From: Porphyridium purpureum
Lineage: Eukaryota
NCBI GenBank assembly: GCA_008690995.1
Contig: VRMN01000003.1
Coordinates: 1,550,001-1,614,000, forward strand
Length of the DNA: 64,000 nucleotides
Direction: 5' to 3'
Each line of letters begins with the position of its first letter. Positions within the stretch are counted from its first letter, which is position 1. The translations under genes were made by a program, and so were the position numbers. Below, in pieces: positions 1 through 9,766 of the stretch. Under the pieces are notes generated by a model. It saw nothing but the letters and a program-made list of their open reading frames with translations, did no database searches and was not told the DNA's origin.

Positions 1-1565
1 GCCTTTTGCTCACCTACCCCCCGGTTGCCACCCTCAGAGCTTTTCTTCGCATGTGTGTCCACCGGTGCACCCACAGACGCACGTCGTGGTCCAGATGACT
101 CAGTGTCACGCATGTTACGGAGCTCCGCACGAGCGCGCGTGCGTTGCTCCGTATCCACTGAATATCTGCCCTGCACCCTCGTTCCATTGCTTTCTTCATT
201 TTTTGTCCCACTTTCTCTGCTTTTCGGGTGACGATGGTGGTCCTCAGTGAACAAACTGTCAAAAATGGAATCGTCTGGAGTTTTCGATGGAGCGCGAGAA
301 TGCCCTCGCGATCTTTTGGATGGCGACCTCTGTGAGGCACTGGAACGGCCGCTTACTGGACTTCGCGTAGGAGCCGTCGGCACTTTTTCCGAATTTTCGG
401 GATCCTCATGACTTCCTCCTTTCTCCTGAGGGGCAGGTTCCACTGGCTGCGACATAAGGTTCATGTTCGATAACTTTGCCACTTCATCGAGCATTTCTGA
501 ATCCTCGTCATTGCCGTCGCTATCGCCTTTAGCGCCGCCTCCATTCGCCTTGGCAGTCACTTCCTGGTCCCCGTGCTTCTCACCAGAGGCTGGGTTACCT
601 TTGCTCAAACGACGGTCATATTCGACATCAACCGGGAAAAGAGTGAAGGAGTACCCATCATCAAAGTAGGTCTCTGGATCTGAGATCAGCAGCACAAATG
701 ATTTGCGAATTTTCAAATACAGCAATGTGATGCTCGAAATCGCGGCAAGATCGATGCACACACGCAGCCAAAAGTCATACCAGTTCTGCACGTTCGAGCT
801 CACGTTACCGACATCAAAGAGCCATCGGCGCAAGGAATCAAATCCCACGAATACGAGACAGGAAAGCCAGTGAGTCCAGTGGATTTCGACAATTTCGACG
901 AAAACGTGCGCCTTCACCTTTCGCAAAAAGCGGGAGAAGGCAAAGTTTTCTGGTAGCTTGCGGAAGAAGATAAACTGGAAACGGATGTCGTGGAACGACA
1001 TAATTTCAGCAAGTTTGCGGTGTCTTCTTATCTTCGACAGCTTTCCCTCGGCCCACAGGAAGTGCCTCCATAACCAGCTGTCCTTTGACTTGCGCTTGTC
1101 GTCATAAAGATCATACTCGACTCGCATGTCCTCGTACTCCTTGTACTCGATGTGTTCCATCTTAATCCACGTGGAGGACAACTTGAGCGACATGTACGCC
1201 GACGTGATGACCGAGACGCTGAAAAAGACCGCGAGCATGAACAAGAGCACGTGCGCTGCCTCAAACGCTAGCAGCACGTCCGGCGCCAAGTGGACCTGCG
1301 ACTCAACGACGAGCACAACCAGCGCAATGCAGCCCAGAATCATCAGCTCACGGTACAGCACCTTGAGAATGATCTGAATATACTTATGCTTCTCGTACGC
1401 CCATCGCTCCAGCGCACTCAGCATGAACGTCACGAGCACGTTGAACAGAATGATGGCCAGCCCAAGCAGCTCTGTGAGAAGCACAGACAAGTTATAGTCC
1501 GTGTCGCCCTCCCCGCCGCCAGCCCTCCACACCTGATACCCAGGCCATTGCCCCACGTCCCACAT
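1..1565 (-). CDS. MLO: MLO-family membrane protein (3' end runs off the window)
   Basis: Manual translation from ATG at 1565 (MWDVGQWPGY...) stays open to base 1, so the ORF track omits it. MLO hallmarks: YRELMILGCIAL, AHVLLFMLAVFF, FAFSRFLRK, FVEIVEIHWTHW, plus several hydrophobic helices. Confidence 0.8.
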   Translation of the reverse strand, partial: MWDVGQWPGYQVWRAGGGEGDTDYNLSVLLTELLGLAIILFNVLVTFMLSALERWAYEKHKYIQIILKVLYRELMILGCIALVVLVVESQVHLAPDVLLAFEAAHVLLFMLAVFFSVSVITSAYMSLKLSSTWIKMEHIEYKEYEDMRVEYDLYDDKRKSKDSWLWRHFLWAEGKLSKIRRHRKLAEIMSFHDIRFQFIFFRKLPENFAFSRFLRKVKAHVFVEIVEIHWTHWLSCLVFVGFDSLRRWLFDVGNVSSNVQNWYDFWLRVCIDLAAISSITLLYLKIRKSFVLLISDPETYFDDGYSFTLFPVDVEYDRRLSKGNPASGEKHGDQEVTAKANGGGAKGDSDGNDEDSEMLDEVAKLSNMNLMSQPVEPAPQEKGGSHEDPENSEKVPTAPTRSPVSGRSSASQRSPSKRSRGHSRAPSKTPDDSIFDSLFTEDHHRHPKSRESGTKNEESNGTRVQGRYSVDTEQRTRARAELRNMRDTESSGPRRASVGAPVDTHAKKSSEGGNRGVGEQK

Positions 1566-1934
1566 CTTCACGTTACCGCTCCACGCGCCTCGGCCACCAC
1601 CCTTCCATCTTCTCTCCTTCCTCTGTCTCCCCCCCTCGCTCTATCTCTCTGTCTCTCCCCCGTCGCAGTGTGTTCTGTTCTACACTTCCAGCGTACGATT
1701 CTGGTTCGCCGCGTACACTTGAATATAAAAGCCGCTACAATTCTTTTAGAACGAGGCTGCCGCAGTTTAGTTTGAAGCGCCGAATCCGTGTACAGTACTG
1801 AACCGCCTTGGACTTTAATAAGGTACAGCGGAGGAACTGATATGGAGGCGGGGTGGGGGAAGGGGTGGGGGAAGGCGGGGTTTGTGGGAGTAGCGTGGGT
1901 TGGGGTGGGTGTTGGAGTGGGAGTCGGCAGGGGG

Positions 1935-3371
1935 ATGTCGGCGATGAATGACATGATGTGGAACGCGGCGTTGCCGCCGGAGCGCGAGGTCGATGAGATG
2001 CTGTACGACTCGGTGCACGCGTTCTTTGAGAAGCGCGTGCTGGAGAGCTGCGTGCGAAAGCACGGCCGGCTGGTGTGGAGTCCCGCGCAGATGTTTGGCC
2101 GCGACGAGCTGCAGCGCCACGGCCGCCCGCCCGCATGCTTTCAGGATGTGCTCCAGCGCATGTTTCGTGACGGGCTGATTGTGCCTCTCCACGCGCTCCC
2201 GACGGCAGAGGCTCTCGCGCAAGGCGCGTCGCACGCGTCGGCGCCCAAGTCAACAGAGTCGGCACCGTGGATTACACGACTGTATCGGGGCATTGCCGGC
2301 TACTTTATGGCATCCGCGCCAGCGGTCCCGCTTTTTGATCCGGCAGATACAGAGTCGCAGTTTGTGATGCCGATGGCCGTCAAGGCGAGAAGCAGCGAGC
2401 TGTTTGATCGTGTTCTACACCATGTCGACAGGCACCACTTGTTTGGTGAGCGCATTGCGTGTCTGTGGACATTGCATGCAATTGCTGGCGAGTTTTGTGA
2501 TTCTAACATCACCGAGTGTTCGCTTTTGGTGGGCAGGCTGGCAAAGGACGGACAATGCAGGGTGTTCAGACATACGACAAGCGTGTGCGCGGACGACGAC
2601 CCCACGCAAGATCTGATTGGAGTGCGCTTTCTCGGTAAGGATGCGAGTCTGTTGAGCATAGCGCTTGCGAGTGATTCTGAACTTTTGGCTCTGATTTCGG
2701 CTCGCGATAACCTTCGTCAAAAGTGCGACGTCTACCAGGGCCGGATCTCTTCACTGAGGCAACAGGCGAGCAACGCTCTGAAGGACCCGGGGCACGTCTC
2801 CGAGGAAGCGCGCCGAGCAGCAGCTAAGCGATGCATTGTCCAGAAACAAGAGCTCGAAAGGCATCACGAACGCTTCTTCAAGGCTCTGTGCAACGTGGAT
2901 AAAATTCTCTACTCAATCGATATGGCTGACTCCAACGCGCAAGTGATGGGCGCACTGCGTGTGGGTGAGTCAGCGCTCGCGCAGATCAATTCAGAGGTGG
3001 ATGTATCAGAAGTAGATGACATGATGCTGGATTTGGAGGAGCAACTACAAAAGGTTGCCATAATCGGCGACGCGCTCGCTGCGCCCGGGCCAGACACGGC
3101 GCAGATTTCGAACGACGACTTGGACAAGGAGCTTGACGCTTTGATGTTTGGGACGGCTCCGGCATCAGGACCGACCGGTGGGCTCGGGATTGCGCAAGAC
3201 CAAGCAGGTGCCTCAGTTCCGGCAAAGGAGGTACCAGCTGCACTGCTAGAGGTATCGCCGGAGCCTGTACTCTCAAATTCATCAGACGGTGGTGACGGAG
3301 TGCTGAAGCCTTCCGGGAAGACTGTCGATAAGAGCAAAGAACGGCCTAGTGCGCTGGCACGAGCGAGCTGA
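1935..3371 (+). CDS. CHMP7: CHMP7-like ESCRT-II/III hybrid (N-terminal winged-helix-like region + Snf7 domain)
   Basis: ORF 1788..3371; ATG at 1935 chosen. The C-terminal half is Snf7-like (LCNVDKILYSIDMADSNAQVMGAL...VSEVDDMMLDLEEQ...DLDKELDAL). The N-terminal region (FGRDELQRHGRPPACFQDVLQRM) resembles CHMP7. Confidence 0.75.
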   Translation: MSAMNDMMWNAALPPEREVDEMLYDSVHAFFEKRVLESCVRKHGRLVWSPAQMFGRDELQRHGRPPACFQDVLQRMFRDGLIVPLHALPTAEALAQGASHASAPKSTESAPWITRLYRGIAGYFMASAPAVPLFDPADTESQFVMPMAVKARSSELFDRVLHHVDRHHLFGERIACLWTLHAIAGEFCDSNITECSLLVGRLAKDGQCRVFRHTTSVCADDDPTQDLIGVRFLGKDASLLSIALASDSELLALISARDNLRQKCDVYQGRISSLRQQASNALKDPGHVSEEARRAAAKRCIVQKQELERHHERFFKALCNVDKILYSIDMADSNAQVMGALRVGESALAQINSEVDVSEVDDMMLDLEEQLQKVAIIGDALAAPGPDTAQISNDDLDKELDALMFGTAPASGPTGGLGIAQDQAGASVPAKEVPAALLEVSPEPVLSNSSDGGDGVLKPSGKTVDKSKERPSALARAS

Positions 3372-3550
3372 CGGAAAAAAGGGCATTCAATATTTATGTA
3401 GATATGTTATGTGAATTAGATTGGCTTCTTTGTTCTGTTGCATCCAAATTGCTCAAGGTGCTTGACTGCCATGGACTTTCGCACAGTCCACGAACAGAGC
3501 CGACTCCGTTCCAAAGTGGTTCGGCACCAAGGCCAGTTTGCCTGTTGCTA

Positions 3551-3820
3551 TTAAACACTGCTGGTTGTTCTGGACGCCATGCGCTGCAAAAGCACGCGCT
3601 CCGCCGACTGCCTGTTCTGAACATCGGTCCTGCGGGTGTCCTTCCGGCTTTCCCTCGTACGTGATCGGCCTACTCTAGTCGACGAATCGCGCACGAGTTG
3701 GTCCTCGGCTCCCTGCTGTTCCTGTCGATGCGCAACCTCGAGGGCTTCCATCTCGGCGTCCAGTTTCGACATTAAACTCGCGTAGAGTGGCTCCATCTTC
3801 TTCTGCGGCGAACTTCTCAT
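3551..3820 (-). CDS. Small hydrophilic orphan protein, paralog A (89 aa)
   Basis: Gapless alignment to 5360..5638 with 49/89 identities and many synonymous differences; TATA-like CTATAAAG at 4032-4039 (minus strand). Confidence 0.75.
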   Translation of the reverse strand: MRSSPQKKMEPLYASLMSKLDAEMEALEVAHRQEQQGAEDQLVRDSSTRVGRSRTRESRKDTRRTDVQNRQSAERVLLQRMASRTTSSV

Positions 3821-3965
3821 CGTTGGCTTTCTCGTGTCGAGTGTTTGTGTTTTCTGCTGTTTTGAGTCCGTCTTGTCCGTCAACAAACCAACGTGCAATG
3901 GTTCTAATGTTTGGCCCACTCTCTCCTATGGCGTTCTTATAGGTCACTCTCTACCTTGCTGTGCT

Positions 3966-3993
3966 TTCTCTCTCTATCTATCTCTCTCTCTCT
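3966..3993. repeat. Imperfect (TC)n microsatellite
   Basis: ttctctctctatctatctctctctctct. Confidence 0.6.
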
Positions 3994-4560
3994 GCACCTC
4001 AGCTGCCATGGGTCGGTGGTCTAGCGCTGATCTTTATAGGGTTGCTGCACTCTTTTTGAAATCGTGGCCGTTGAAGTCGAATGCCAAGACACGGACGAAG
4101 ACAGCAGGTGGACAGCATGGTTTAAAACCCAAGGGGACGCGCGACAGGAGCCAGCCAAGTGGCAGAGTCGACTTACATTTCACAATCTTACGTCAAAGGG
4201 ACACGGATCCGAAATATGCTCGTTGCGGAAACGGCCAGCGCAGGAGGTCAAAGTCATGCAGCCGCCGCGCGCACACGCGTACACGCTGACACGCTGACAC
4301 GCGTCCGACCATGCAAACCCTGGCGTCCCCGTTCCAGTCTGGACAACGCGCCAGGGACGCGTGCGCGATTCGAAACCGGAGCCAGCTTTTCAACGACGTT
4401 GCAAACGTGTTCGCCCGCGAGTCCACCACTACTGCGAAATCCACAGCGTTGGCGGGTTATTGTGTATACCCAGCGCATCTCCACGGCCGCTTGTCTGGCC
4501 ATGTGCGGTTGAGCCGCCAGCGCAAAGGTCCATCCCGCACTTCCACATGCGTGCTGGCGC

Positions 4561-4581
4561 CACACACACGCACACACACAC
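4561..4581. repeat. Imperfect (CA)n microsatellite
   Basis: cacacacacgcacacacacac. Confidence 0.6.
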
Positions 4582-5359
4582 CCGCCGAGCCGCCGCGCTG
4601 CTGATTCGGACCACGTCTGACCGCGAACACCAGCCGCAGCCCCCACCTCCCACTCCCCACTGTACTTCACATCCTACAAGTACAGTTGGATGTTCAGTCA
4701 CCATGCCAACAAGTACAGCACGGCGGGTGGACAACACCGCACGCCAAAACCACTAAAAGGCGATGAAACCCCTTCGCAATTCGAATATTCCGTGCGCTGA
4801 TGGCGCGTGGTGAGCAAAGATTGAAACCGCGTCGACCTATAAAGAACACGCCAATTTTGTATGTGCTCTGCGGTTGATGTCCGCTGACGTGGCGAGCGTG
4901 TTTCTATTTTTGGAAGTGGGCAGCCGCGTGTGCGTGTAATCAATCTGGAAAACTCGCACGCGTGTCCATTCACCGTTGGGATCGTGTGTGTGGGTTTATG
5001 GTGAGGCTCGTGAAGGGTTGGATGACGCGTGCGTGTGCGCCGCTGATGACTCATGGTGGGCGTGGACGCGTGTCTGTGTGTGTGTGTCGGGCAGGCAATG
5101 TGGAGTGCGGAAACGGACAGCATGTCCTTTTGCATTCGAGTGATTCCTACACTTGGGTGTGGCGCAAGACGCGAGTATAAAGAGGCCGTGCGGAACGTGC
5201 GTTCCATCACCGGCGGTGTCTTGACCGATGAAGAAGCGCCGCCACCGCCGCCTGTCGTGAGGTAAGAAAGAGGCAGGCGTATGAAGCACAGTAATCGTAT
5301 TGAAAGGCGTATTCCAACACTCGAGCCCGTGCAGTTGTAGCAGCGAGTCGACGTCCGCA

Positions 5360-5638
5360 ATGGTCAAGTCGCAGCAGGCGAAAATGGAATCGCTCTACCA
5401 GGCCTTGGCCTCGAAATTGGAAGCCGAGGGCGGGCCGCTCGAGGCATCACAACCTCACGGAAAGGAGAGCGTCGGCACTGGCCTTCTTCGTGACTCAACT
5501 ACGCGTGTAGGGCGGTCGAGGACGCGGGAACGCCGAAAGGGCTCCGAAAAAACGGACGGAAAGAGCAGGCAGTCTGCTGAACGTATTTTAATTGAACGAA
5601 TGGCGTCAAGGACAACGAGCCAACAAAGTTTACAATAG
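5360..5638 (+). CDS. Small hydrophilic orphan protein, paralog B (92 aa)
   Basis: Paralog of 3551..3820; TATAAAG at 5176-5182. Confidence 0.75.
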   Translation: MVKSQQAKMESLYQALASKLEAEGGPLEASQPHGKESVGTGLLRDSTTRVGRSRTRERRKGSEKTDGKSRQSAERILIERMASRTTSQQSLQ

Positions 5639-5820
5639 ATGGTTGTTTTACGGTTACTTACTCCCCTAGAAATGCGACATACAGTATACTAACAATTCAT
5701 TTTGGAGCGCATTCTTCTCGCAGACCATCTAGGGCACCGAGGTTGGATGCCCTGCTCGTTCGCAGGCCATCCTCACGAGGGGCGTGTTTGACCTATATGC
5801 ATGTGGCATTCGCCGCGGCC

Positions 5821-7155
5821 CTACCGCCGAAAGAAGCGCTTCTTTGTCGCCACAGACGGCGGCGGGAGCTTTTGCACTTTCATAAACTCCATCCGGTACT
5901 GCTCCTTTTCATAGTCAGCCATGGCGAGAGCAACCTTAACCTCCTTCAATTCGTGCACCAGGTCATGCAATTCCGGCTCGCGAGCGATCTGAAGATTGAG
6001 ATCTTTTGTGCGCCCCTGGAGCTCGGCGTTCTCCGCTCGAAGGTCGTCCATATTTCGCATACCTTGGGCACCTTCTTCGCGCTTCGCGTCACGAAGCGAC
6101 TGGTTTTGTTGTCGAAGCTCTTCATTTCGCTTTTCCAGGTACGCAATCCGTTTCATGACCTTTTCAGCACTGTCTTCTTGTCTCGTCTTCCCTGTGTTGC
6201 GCCTGCCCCGCGGCGAGGCAAGCAAAGTCATGAGATTTCTCCCGCTTTTGCCACTCACTGCCTCTGATCCTGCTTTCCCAGGCGGGCCATTGCCTCGCTC
6301 TGACGCAGTTCGCTTGAGCGAATCCGAGTCACGCCTAGGCGACATGGCCGCGGCCGACAGTGCCACGCCGGCAGACTTGCCCTTAAGCGAAGACTGCGAT
6401 TCCCGCTCGCCGTCATCGTCATCCAAGCCAAGATCTTTCAAATCATCCATATCACCGAAATCGTCGCCGCCCATTGAGGAGCCGGCGTATTCTGAAGCCG
6501 CGACGGATGTTGCGCTAGACATCGAACGCGAACCGAGCATGCCGCGCGGACTCATGGTCGTGTTGCGCTTGGCGTTGGGGCCTAGATTGATCGACGACTC
6601 GACATGCATGACAATAAGAGCACCATTCGACAATTTGGCGCCAAACTTTTTGCTGCCCGAGGGCTCGATTGCATAGTCCGCGAAATTAAGATGGATTTTG
6701 CCAATCGTCTTGCCGTCACTGTTTGTCTTGAGGGCCACTTTGTACTCTTTCTCCTCAAACGCCGCACCTTCCACATTGCGTGGCCGAAACAGCGTCGCGT
6801 CAAACCTGATAATCTCATCAAACACGACCTTGTTCGTTGAGCGATCTACCATTTGAGCCTTGCACGAAAATTCCTTCTCACCGCGGAAAATACCCACATA
6901 GACCGGCTCGTTGCATACCAGCCCTTCTACATGCAGTACTTTACAGTCAAATCTGAATCTGTGTACGGAATGCGTCGCTCTCGAAATGGCGCTGCTCCCC
7001 TTCCGTGCTTTAGAGCTCATCATTCGTATGAAGCCGACCTTTGACTTTTGGCGGCCCAATTCGCCATTTTCCGGTCCGTCATCCGCCAGAGAAGCATCGG
7101 CTGCTCCGCCGCGCGGCGTGCGCAGCGACGAAAGCCGCTTCGACAGTCGCGACAT
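5821..7155 (-). CDS. NT-C2 (EEIG1/EHBP1 N-terminal C2) domain protein with C-terminal coiled coil
   Basis: FRFDCKVLHVEGL...FDEIIRFDATLF...FEEKEYKVAL...IGKIHLNFADYA is the NT-C2 pattern; heptad-rich C-terminus. Confidence 0.8.
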   Translation of the reverse strand: MSRLSKRLSSLRTPRGGAADASLADDGPENGELGRQKSKVGFIRMMSSKARKGSSAISRATHSVHRFRFDCKVLHVEGLVCNEPVYVGIFRGEKEFSCKAQMVDRSTNKVVFDEIIRFDATLFRPRNVEGAAFEEKEYKVALKTNSDGKTIGKIHLNFADYAIEPSGSKKFGAKLSNGALIVMHVESSINLGPNAKRNTTMSPRGMLGSRSMSSATSVAASEYAGSSMGGDDFGDMDDLKDLGLDDDDGERESQSSLKGKSAGVALSAAAMSPRRDSDSLKRTASERGNGPPGKAGSEAVSGKSGRNLMTLLASPRGRRNTGKTRQEDSAEKVMKRIAYLEKRNEELRQQNQSLRDAKREEGAQGMRNMDDLRAENAELQGRTKDLNLQIAREPELHDLVHELKEVKVALAMADYEKEQYRMEFMKVQKLPPPSVATKKRFFRR

Positions 7156-7272
7156 CCTCCTGTTGTAAACGTCACGCTCCCGAAGGACGTCGCTTCGCAG
7201 TGTCCCACCTGTCCCCGTTCGACAGCCACGCCCGAACCTGACGCGCTGTCTGCAAAAAATTTACGCAATCGC

Positions 7273-7300
7273 TTAACGGCGAACGCTTAATGGTTAACGG
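7273..7300. promoter_or_regulatory. Cluster of TTAACGG (MSA/MYB-like) motifs upstream of the NT-C2 gene
   Basis: ttaacgg 7273, ttaatgg 7287, ttaacgg 7294; similar clusters occur elsewhere in the window. Confidence 0.4.
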
Positions 7301-7917
7301 TTCAAACGAAACGAAGCTCGTGCATTTTCTTCAACCTGCACATGTGTCGCTGCCGGTAGGGGCTGAATGAGTCTTAGGAGAACATGTTGCCCCTCGATGC
7401 GGTCATAATCTGGTTATCCAACGTGCAACGTTGCCGGCAAGACATGGACTCCGGTATTACAACCGAGCCGGCCTAGATTCGCAAGCATGCGTCGATCATT
7501 GCCGAGATGGAGATATTGGCATCCACCGAGGCGATAAAAGGAACCGCAAACTTGCACGTCATGTGGCCATGAAAAGGACCCTCTCGACCGCGAAAAGTAC
7601 CAGGCAAGGTGAAGCTGAGGCAGCGAGAGGTATGAACTTTGGAACTTTACGCATCACATCCCATCTCTGTGAGAATAAGCTAAGCCTCAAAATCATTTCA
7701 ACGTACTAGACCACCTTTGGCAAGAATGCCATGTGATCCTTACGCGCGCTCTCTCACGCGCTCATCGCATCAAGTAAATGTCGGCTGCCGTGAACAACGC
7801 TTCCCGCGTCCACACGGGAAGTGGATGTTTCCCGAGTCTCTTTTTGTGAAGGGTAGTACTAAGGCAGCGACGCAATCCGGTGGAAGGGACGTCAAACGGG
7901 TTTGCGAAAGAGCGAGG

Positions 7918-8829
7918 ATGGTCATGGCGACTCCACGTGGTGGGATAGGTCCAAGTGCCCCGGAAAAGACTGTGGTGGGCTCGATGTCTTCGCTTCCGTC
8001 TCAGGCGCCGCAAAAGGAAATCCCAAAGGTCATCGCCCAGCTGGCGCCATCGGCGGGCTCGTCGTCAGCAGGGGCGGTATCTTCCGCAGCTTCTGCGTCG
8101 GCCTCTGTCGCAGACACAAGCGACTTGCTGGAAGAATCGTTCACGCCGCCTGAATACTTTGGCATTGTCGAGTGCGGTGTGTACCGCTCCAACCTGCCAA
8201 ACCCGATTTCGTTTCCGTTTATCAAGCTGCTAAAGATCAAGACCGTGTTGCTGCTGTCGGCCGATGTGCCTACGAAGCTTGTGCGCACATTCTTTGAGGA
8301 GAACTCGTTTACGGTGCATCACCTCGGCCTGGAGTCCAGCAAAGTCGACGCAGACAGCTGGAAACCGCTGTCGGATGAACTCGTCAAGGATGCTCTTGAG
8401 CTCGCGTTGGACGCACGCACGCACCCGGTCCTGCTGTGCGACGCGTCCGGGATGCATCAGATTGGGACCGTGATTGGGTGTCTACGCCGACTTCAGCTCT
8501 GGAGCCTGAACGCCGCTGTGAGCGAGTACAGGTCGTATGCGGGAGTCAAGACACGCTACCAGTACGAGCAGTTTATCGAGCTCTTCGACGTCGATCTCAT
8601 CACGCTGCCTCTTCATGTGCCCAAGTGGTTCAAGCAGTATTTGGAGATGGAGGAGGAGGAACTAGCGCAACTGCAGGAGATGCTGGCTGCGGGCTTGATG
8701 AAGCCGGGTTCGCTTGTGCTGCGCGACGACATTGACGTTCCGAAATATCGCAAGTATTACTACAGTGACTCCATTCCGCTCAACAGCGAAGAGCAGGTAC
8801 CAAAGCCGCGCATCCAGCAGCTTCCGTGA
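7918..8829 (+). CDS. OCA/Siw14 (PFA-DSP) family phosphatase-like protein, probably inactive
   Basis: FTPPEYFGIVECGVYRS, HPVLL, IGTVIGCLRRLQLW, EYRSYAG, EQFIELFD match the family; the P-loop reads CDASGMHQIG. Confidence 0.85.
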   Translation: MVMATPRGGIGPSAPEKTVVGSMSSLPSQAPQKEIPKVIAQLAPSAGSSSAGAVSSAASASASVADTSDLLEESFTPPEYFGIVECGVYRSNLPNPISFPFIKLLKIKTVLLLSADVPTKLVRTFFEENSFTVHHLGLESSKVDADSWKPLSDELVKDALELALDARTHPVLLCDASGMHQIGTVIGCLRRLQLWSLNAAVSEYRSYAGVKTRYQYEQFIELFDVDLITLPLHVPKWFKQYLEMEEEELAQLQEMLAAGLMKPGSLVLRDDIDVPKYRKYYYSDSIPLNSEEQVPKPRIQQLP

Positions 8830-8864
8830 AAACAGCGTCAATTATTTATAATATTTGAAGTGCC

Positions 8865-9407
8865 CTACCAAATGCGGCCGGTGTCAACGGTATTGCCTCC
8901 GGAAGGCTGCCCTGGCTTCATGTACGCAGTGCGCTTGCCGAACACGATCCAATATGCCGTGTACGAAAAGTAGTCGAGCAGCAACTCGAGCAAGTACGAG
9001 TTGGCAGCGAACGCCGGGACGGCATGGAGAGCCTCGTCCATGTTTGCCAGCCAGCGCCGAGCAGCGGATTCGTCAATATTATATGCGATGTGGCGGCCCA
9101 CAAGGCGATGGTACTTGCCGCGAAGCTCAGTATAGCGCCGCGGTCCGCCCAGCAATTCTGTTAGAAATGCGAATAGGTTTGACTGCGCCTCGCTTCGGGT
9201 GGAGGACGAGAACACGGAGGCGAGTTTCTGGTCATCGTACACTCTTGAGTAGAACTCCTTTGTCAGCTGGTTGATAGGCTCGTCCCCTATCATTTCGTAG
9301 AACTGCGGGAAAATGTTCTCCTTCATGTTCTTCACACTTGCTGCGGTCAGCTCGGCACGCAACGTCTGCTGTTGAATATACGAATCGTACTCTCTCACTG
9401 TCGCCAT
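8865..9407 (-). CDS. Group II truncated hemoglobin (trHbO/GLB3-like)
   Basis: EFYSRVYDD, LGGPRRY, LVGRH (proximal His), RRWL (G8 Trp); first in-frame ATG at 9407. Confidence 0.85.
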   Translation of the reverse strand: MATVREYDSYIQQQTLRAELTAASVKNMKENIFPQFYEMIGDEPINQLTKEFYSRVYDDQKLASVFSSSTRSEAQSNLFAFLTELLGGPRRYTELRGKYHRLVGRHIAYNIDESAARRWLANMDEALHAVPAFAANSYLLELLLDYFSYTAYWIVFGKRTAYMKPGQPSGGNTVDTGRIW

Positions 9408-9766
9408 CGTTCTGACCAGCGCCAAGCGTGCTCCCTGCTCTGTCTCATCTAGTGAGTACGAATCGTCTCCCACTCACGGCTGCGCAGTCACGCTGGCTGC
9501 GCCGGCACGTTAAATGCCCGGCGGAACGTCGAAAGCCAGTCGCGGGCCAGCCGCGAAACAGCCGCGCATCTCGAGAAAGCCCGTCAATGACGCGCGCGAT
9601 TAATTAACGCTGCGAGCGTTTTTCTTTTCCGTCGCTCGTGCCACACTGCCTTGATGATGCGACACATCGTGCGCAGCAAGCGTGCGGTCCATTCATCTCC
9701 ACCCCTACCCCACCCACCGCGGTGCCGCGATTTCCGATGCGCGCCACGCGCGATCACACTCGCTGC

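Noticed and set aside
1290..1954. ORFs 1290..1775 (+) and 1568..1954 (-)
   Set aside because: Antisense to MLO or translations of low-complexity promoter DNA; no motifs.
3834..5367. Many overlapping ORFs in the spacer between the paralogs
   Set aside because: Driven by microsatellites and GC-rich sequence; no domain motifs and not conserved between the two arms.
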